27,726 nucleotides of DNA, from NCBI GenBank assembly GCA_964548195.1, contig CAZJQC010000016.1:1-27726 (forward strand). Reading direction: 5' to 3'. Each line of letters begins with the position of its first letter. The first letter of the stretch is position 1. This DNA comes from an uncultured bacterium. GTDB taxonomy: Bacteria; Macinerneyibacteriota; Macinerneyibacteria; Macinerneyibacteriales; DSCS01. Shown here one piece after another: positions 23,966 through 27,726 of the stretch. Below the pieces are notes generated by a model, which worked only from the letters and a program-made list of their open reading frames with translations, did not search any database and was not told where the DNA came from. A program made the position numbers and the translations under genes.

Positions 23966-25986
23966 TAAAGAAAATATTCTGCCTCTTTCTCCTGATAGCC
24001 CTGTATATGACCTCGGCGCGCCCGGCGTCGGATATCCGGAGCCTGCTGGCGGCCCTTGAGAACGAGCCCGATAACGTGGGCTTGATGTCGGAGCTCGCCC
24101 GGGAGTATTATTCAGAGGGTTTTTTTACGGATGCCATAGACGTCGTTAAGAGCATAATAAAAAAAGACGGAGAGACCCCCGAAGACCTGAATATTCTGGA
24201 ACTGAGCCTTATCCGCAAAAAACGGTTTGCGGAGGCTGATTTTTATTTTGATATTATGGCGGGAATGTCGCGAAGCCATCTGCCGGAGCATTATTCACCC
24301 GCCGTGCACATGGGTGATTATCATTATGAAAAGGGCGATTATGAAAAGGCTTTGAAATATTTCAGATACGCCCTGCAGATCAATTCCGTCGATCCTGACA
24401 CAAACATGAAAGCCGGTATCGCCTGTCAGACGATGAACGAACATAAGATGGCTGTCGCCTATCTGTCAAAGGCTTCCTCCGGAGCGGAAAAAGACATAAG
24501 GATGCTTGTTTCCTACCATACGATGGCTGTTTCAGCGCGGCAAAATAAGAATACAAGAGAGATGATGTCGCTGATTGAAAAAGCTGTCTCAATAACTGAA
24601 AGGCTTAATATCGCAGAACTGACGGGGCATGACAGGGGCAGGGTGTCGTCGGCGCTCTTTTTTTGCGCCTCGCAATATATGGAAAGCGGCGAATATGAGA
24701 AGGCAAAGAGACAGCTTCTTATACTGGCGTCCTGCGATCCCGAATACGTGGGGTTTCAGGAACTTATGATGTCGCTTGCCGACAAGTATGCGGAAAAAAA
24801 CGAATTACTGAGGCTTGCTGAAATATACTCCCAACTGGTGACCGGGGAAAGCGCAAGCAGTGAGATATACATGCGCATAGCCGGATATTTTGCTTCCATG
24901 GGGGATTGGGAGGGTGCCTACATCTATGCCTCAAAGGGCGCGGCTTTGTCGGGCGGGGGGTCAGATGCCGAGTTTTTAAACACCGCGTCATACCGGTATG
25001 GCGCCGAGCTTGCAGAGGCATTGTCCGTATGTCTGAAAGAAAAAGAGATGACAGGAGTGCTTGTGAACGCCAACCGGCTCGCGGCATTGTCCGGGACAGA
25101 CCCTGGATTTTCGAAGTACGGCATTCGCGCCGAGGATGACATACAGGCTCCTTACACGGTGCTGCTCAGTGGCGACAAATATATTGAGAAGACGTCGGAT
25201 GTGTACGCGCATCTCGCACGCAAGTTTTTTGATGACGGAGAGTTTGTCAAGGCAAGCTCCAGCCTGAAAAAGTCACTGGACCTGTGGCTTATGAATCCTG
25301 CGGCGGTGGAATTATTTCTCCGCGTACATCCCTCTGTAATGATAGAGCGTGAACGCCTGCTGGGAGAGATCGACGCGCTTACTGCAAAAGGATCATATGA
25401 CGAAGCGTTGTTCCGCGCTGAGGAAAGCGGGGGTATAATACCCGCCGATATACGCAGAGAATATATTTCCACCATAAAACGGCTTAAGGACAATAAAAAA
25501 TCTGACCGCCTCCGCATGCTTACTGAACGGGGAAAGATCTATTACGGCAGCGGAAAGTACATAACGTCAAGGTATTACTTCAACAAGGCGCTCTCAATGG
25601 CCCCGGACAACAGCGAGGCTAAGGATTATTTAAGGCGCATCCGGAATGCGATCTCCGCAAAGGTGGCGGCGCTTAAATCGGAATACATGGAACACGAGAA
25701 GAACGAAGACCTGCGGGGCATGAAGGACGCGCTGAACACCGTGCTGCTTTATGAGCCGAAGGACAGCTGGGCGACAAAAAAGGCTTACAGCCTCGGGATA
25801 AAGGAAAATGAGAACAAGGTGGATGCGGCCCGTGACCATTATTTGAAAGGGATCGAATACTATACCGAAGGTGAGTATGAAGAGGCCGTGCAAGAGTGGG
25901 AACTGGCGCTTAAGTCGGACCCCGGTTATAAGAACGCAAAGGAATATATAGAAAGGGCAAAAAAACGTCTCAGATCGGGGGATTAA
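23962..25986 (+). CDS. Large exported tetratricopeptide-repeat protein
   Basis: Signal peptide '[19 protein letters not shown]'; TPR-like units such as '[26 protein letters not shown]', '[10 protein letters not shown]...[14 protein letters not shown]', '[25 protein letters not shown]'. Confidence 0.8.
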   Translation: MIKKIFCLFLLIALYMTSARPASDIRSLLAALENEPDNVGLMSELAREYYSEGFFTDAIDVVKSIIKKDGETPEDLNILELSLIRKKRFAEADFYFDIMAGMSRSHLPEHYSPAVHMGDYHYEKGDYEKALKYFRYALQINSVDPDTNMKAGIACQTMNEHKMAVAYLSKASSGAEKDIRMLVSYHTMAVSARQNKNTREMMSLIEKAVSITERLNIAELTGHDRGRVSSALFFCASQYMESGEYEKAKRQLLILASCDPEYVGFQELMMSLADKYAEKNELLRLAEIYSQLVTGESASSEIYMRIAGYFASMGDWEGAYIYASKGAALSGGGSDAEFLNTASYRYGAELAEALSVCLKEKEMTGVLVNANRLAALSGTDPGFSKYGIRAEDDIQAPYTVLLSGDKYIEKTSDVYAHLARKFFDDGEFVKASSSLKKSLDLWLMNPAAVELFLRVHPSVMIERERLLGEIDALTAKGSYDEALFRAEESGGIIPADIRREYISTIKRLKDNKKSDRLRMLTERGKIYYGSGKYITSRYYFNKALSMAPDNSEAKDYLRRIRNAISAKVAALKSEYMEHEKNEDLRGMKDALNTVLLYEPKDSWATKKAYSLGIKENENKVDAARDHYLKGIEYYTEGEYEEAVQEWELALKSDPGYKNAKEYIERAKKRLRSGD

Positions 25987-25988
25987 AG

Positions 25989-27365
25989 TTGAGGTTTTCC
26001 ATCAAACGCAAGTTCATGTACGGTTTTGCCATGGCATTTATCCCTGTTTTTTTTCTCTTCAACCTTATTATTTTCAAAAGTACCAGAAACAACCTGGAAA
26101 AAGAGAGACACGAGACCATGGGCACACTTGCTTTGAATTCCGCGGTGATATGTGACGAATATATTCTTTCTGAGGGCAATGATCTTCTCTCGCTTCAGCA
26201 GATCGTGGTCAACCTAAAGCATAATGACGATGTCACGGAAGCATTTATCGTGAACAACAAAGGCGTTATAGTGGCGCATTCCGACATGAAGATGATAGAC
26301 AGCGTCCTGGATGAACCCGCCGGAGCTGATCCCTCCGGAGTTATGGCCGGTGAGGGGTGGGAAACCCTCTTTTCCGGAGGCAGGTACGTGGTCAGATCCG
26401 CCATCCGTGGCATGTACGGCCCGGTGAAAGGCCATGTCTGCATCGTATATTCAAAAGACGGTATCTCAAGACTTGTGAACGGTGTCATCATAAAGAACAG
26501 CATACTGACATTGATCGCCATGGGCGCTGTCATGTCCCTTACCTTTCTGTTGGTTTCCCTGCTCACCGGCCCGCTGCGAATATTACATCAGGGGGTGCAG
26601 GAATTGGCGAAGGGCAACCTTGAGGTCAATATCCCGGCGGTCTCGGACGATGAGATCGGAGATCTCACGGGCGAATTCAATATCATGGTCAAAAGTCTTA
26701 AGGAACAGGAAATAATGAAAGATATGTTTTCGAAATATCTAAGCCCGGATATTGCCGAATACGTGCTTAAAAACCGCGAAAGCATATCCTTCGGCGGAGA
26801 AGTCCGTTATTTATCCGTGATGTTCGCCGATATACGGGGGTTTACATCGTTCAGTGAAAGTTTTCCGCCCGCGGATATAGTACGCTTCCTTAACAGCTAT
26901 CTGACAAGGATGGTGGATATCATATTCCGGCATAAGGGGACTCTCGACAAGTTCCTGGGTGACGGGGTCCTCGCCATATACGGGGCTCCGCTGGCCGACA
27001 AGGACCACGCGATCAATGCCGTCAGGTCAGGGCTTGATATGATAAGGCATATCGAGGAGTACAACAGACAGCGTATGAAATGGGGGGAACGACCCATGTA
27101 TATTGGTGTCGGCATAAATACGGGAGAGGCCATTATCGGCAATATCGGCTCAAAGCAGAGGACGGAATACACGGTCATCGGCGACACTGTCAATACGGCT
27201 TCACGGCTTGAGGGGCTTGCCAGGGACAATGAGCTTCTTATTACCGCGGCAACCATGGAAAAAGTCAAAGACTACGCCGATTGCCGTTTCAAGGGCAAAT
27301 ATACCGTTAAAAACAAGAAAGACCCCGTTGATGTATACCTTGTGAAGGGATTTTATGGTGAATAA
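25989..27365 (+). CDS. Membrane class III adenylate cyclase (TM - extracytoplasmic sensor - TM - HAMP - cyclase)
   Basis: HAMP 'PL..L.......GNL......DEIGDL...FN.M'; 'FADIRGFT', 'LDKFLGDG', 'GVGINTG', 'TVIGDTVNTASRLE'. Lys/Thr specificity pair indicates ATP. Confidence 0.92.
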   Translation: MRFSIKRKFMYGFAMAFIPVFFLFNLIIFKSTRNNLEKERHETMGTLALNSAVICDEYILSEGNDLLSLQQIVVNLKHNDDVTEAFIVNNKGVIVAHSDMKMIDSVLDEPAGADPSGVMAGEGWETLFSGGRYVVRSAIRGMYGPVKGHVCIVYSKDGISRLVNGVIIKNSILTLIAMGAVMSLTFLLVSLLTGPLRILHQGVQELAKGNLEVNIPAVSDDEIGDLTGEFNIMVKSLKEQEIMKDMFSKYLSPDIAEYVLKNRESISFGGEVRYLSVMFADIRGFTSFSESFPPADIVRFLNSYLTRMVDIIFRHKGTLDKFLGDGVLAIYGAPLADKDHAINAVRSGLDMIRHIEEYNRQRMKWGERPMYIGVGINTGEAIIGNIGSKQRTEYTVIGDTVNTASRLEGLARDNELLITAATMEKVKDYADCRFKGKYTVKNKKDPVDVYLVKGFYGE

Positions 27366-27705
27366 CCGGGAAGCCGGCGCCGGCGGCGAGGATCTGGCGG
27401 CCGCATATCTGAAGAGACACGGATATCGCATAATAAAGAGAAACCATAGGGACAGGGGAGGCGAGATCGACATAATCGCCGAGAAAAGGGGGGAACTCGT
27501 CTTCTGCGAGGTAAAGACAAGGAACAGCCTTGCTTACGGTTCCGGGCTTGACGCCGTCGTGAAGGCGAAACAGCGCAGGATCATCAGATGCGCAAAGCGT
27601 TTTCTTGCGTCTGGGGGGTTCGGGGACCATTCGATCAGGTTCGATGTGATCAGCGTTGACAGCAGGGACATAAAGCATATAGAGGGAGCGTTTCTGGATG
27701 AATGA
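27355..27705 (+). CDS. YraN-family (UPF0102) PD-(D/E)XK endonuclease-like protein
   Basis: 'G..GE..A..YL...GY.I..RN', 'GEIDII', 'FCEVKTR', 'RFDVI'. Confidence 0.92.
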   Translation: MVNNREAGAGGEDLAAAYLKRHGYRIIKRNHRDRGGEIDIIAEKRGELVFCEVKTRNSLAYGSGLDAVVKAKQRRIIRCAKRFLASGGFGDHSIRFDVISVDSRDIKHIEGAFLDE

Positions 27706-27726
27706 TGATAATCACAGACAAATAAA

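Noticed and set aside
27702..27725. ATG overlapping the yraN stop
   Set aside because: Reads only MMIITDK before TAA; not supportable as a gene.
1..27726. Mobile elements, defence islands, recoded stop codons
   Set aside because: No transposase, integrase or defence-type genes recognised; TAA, TAG and TGA all end full-length conserved proteins.

Overview
A very densely packed bacterial chromosome segment (roughly 50% GC, standard code 11) with 33 protein-coding genes, most of them housekeeping: tadA, a TIGR01212-type radical SAM enzyme, DUF368, yggS-yggT-PNP, ileS-TraR/DksA-lspA-pyrB-pyrI, a KamA-family enzyme, 5-formyl-THF cyclo-ligase, a birA-like ligase, cmk-plsC-ispH-rpsA, nth, proS, panD, a class III adenylate cyclase and a YraN-family protein. 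An outer-membrane beta-barrel and a six-domain S1 indicate a diderm; the lineage cannot be assigned from this sequence. I see no rRNA, tRNA, CRISPR array, transposase, integrase or phage gene. Best leads: (1) a two-gene module inserted between PNP and ileS with its own promoter, made of a cargo-less signal peptide + T9SS-CTD/FlgD-Ig-like protein and a PorV/PorQ(UPF0164)-like barrel; (2) four genes whose sigma70 -10 box lies 5-6 nt from the ATG, i.e. candidate leaderless mRNAs; (3) a YggT protein with three repeats; (4) an exported TPR protein coupled to a membrane HAMP-adenylate cyclase; (5) promoters hidden inside genes and a terminator abutting the nth start codon. All protein calls come from motif recognition by eye, not database searches.
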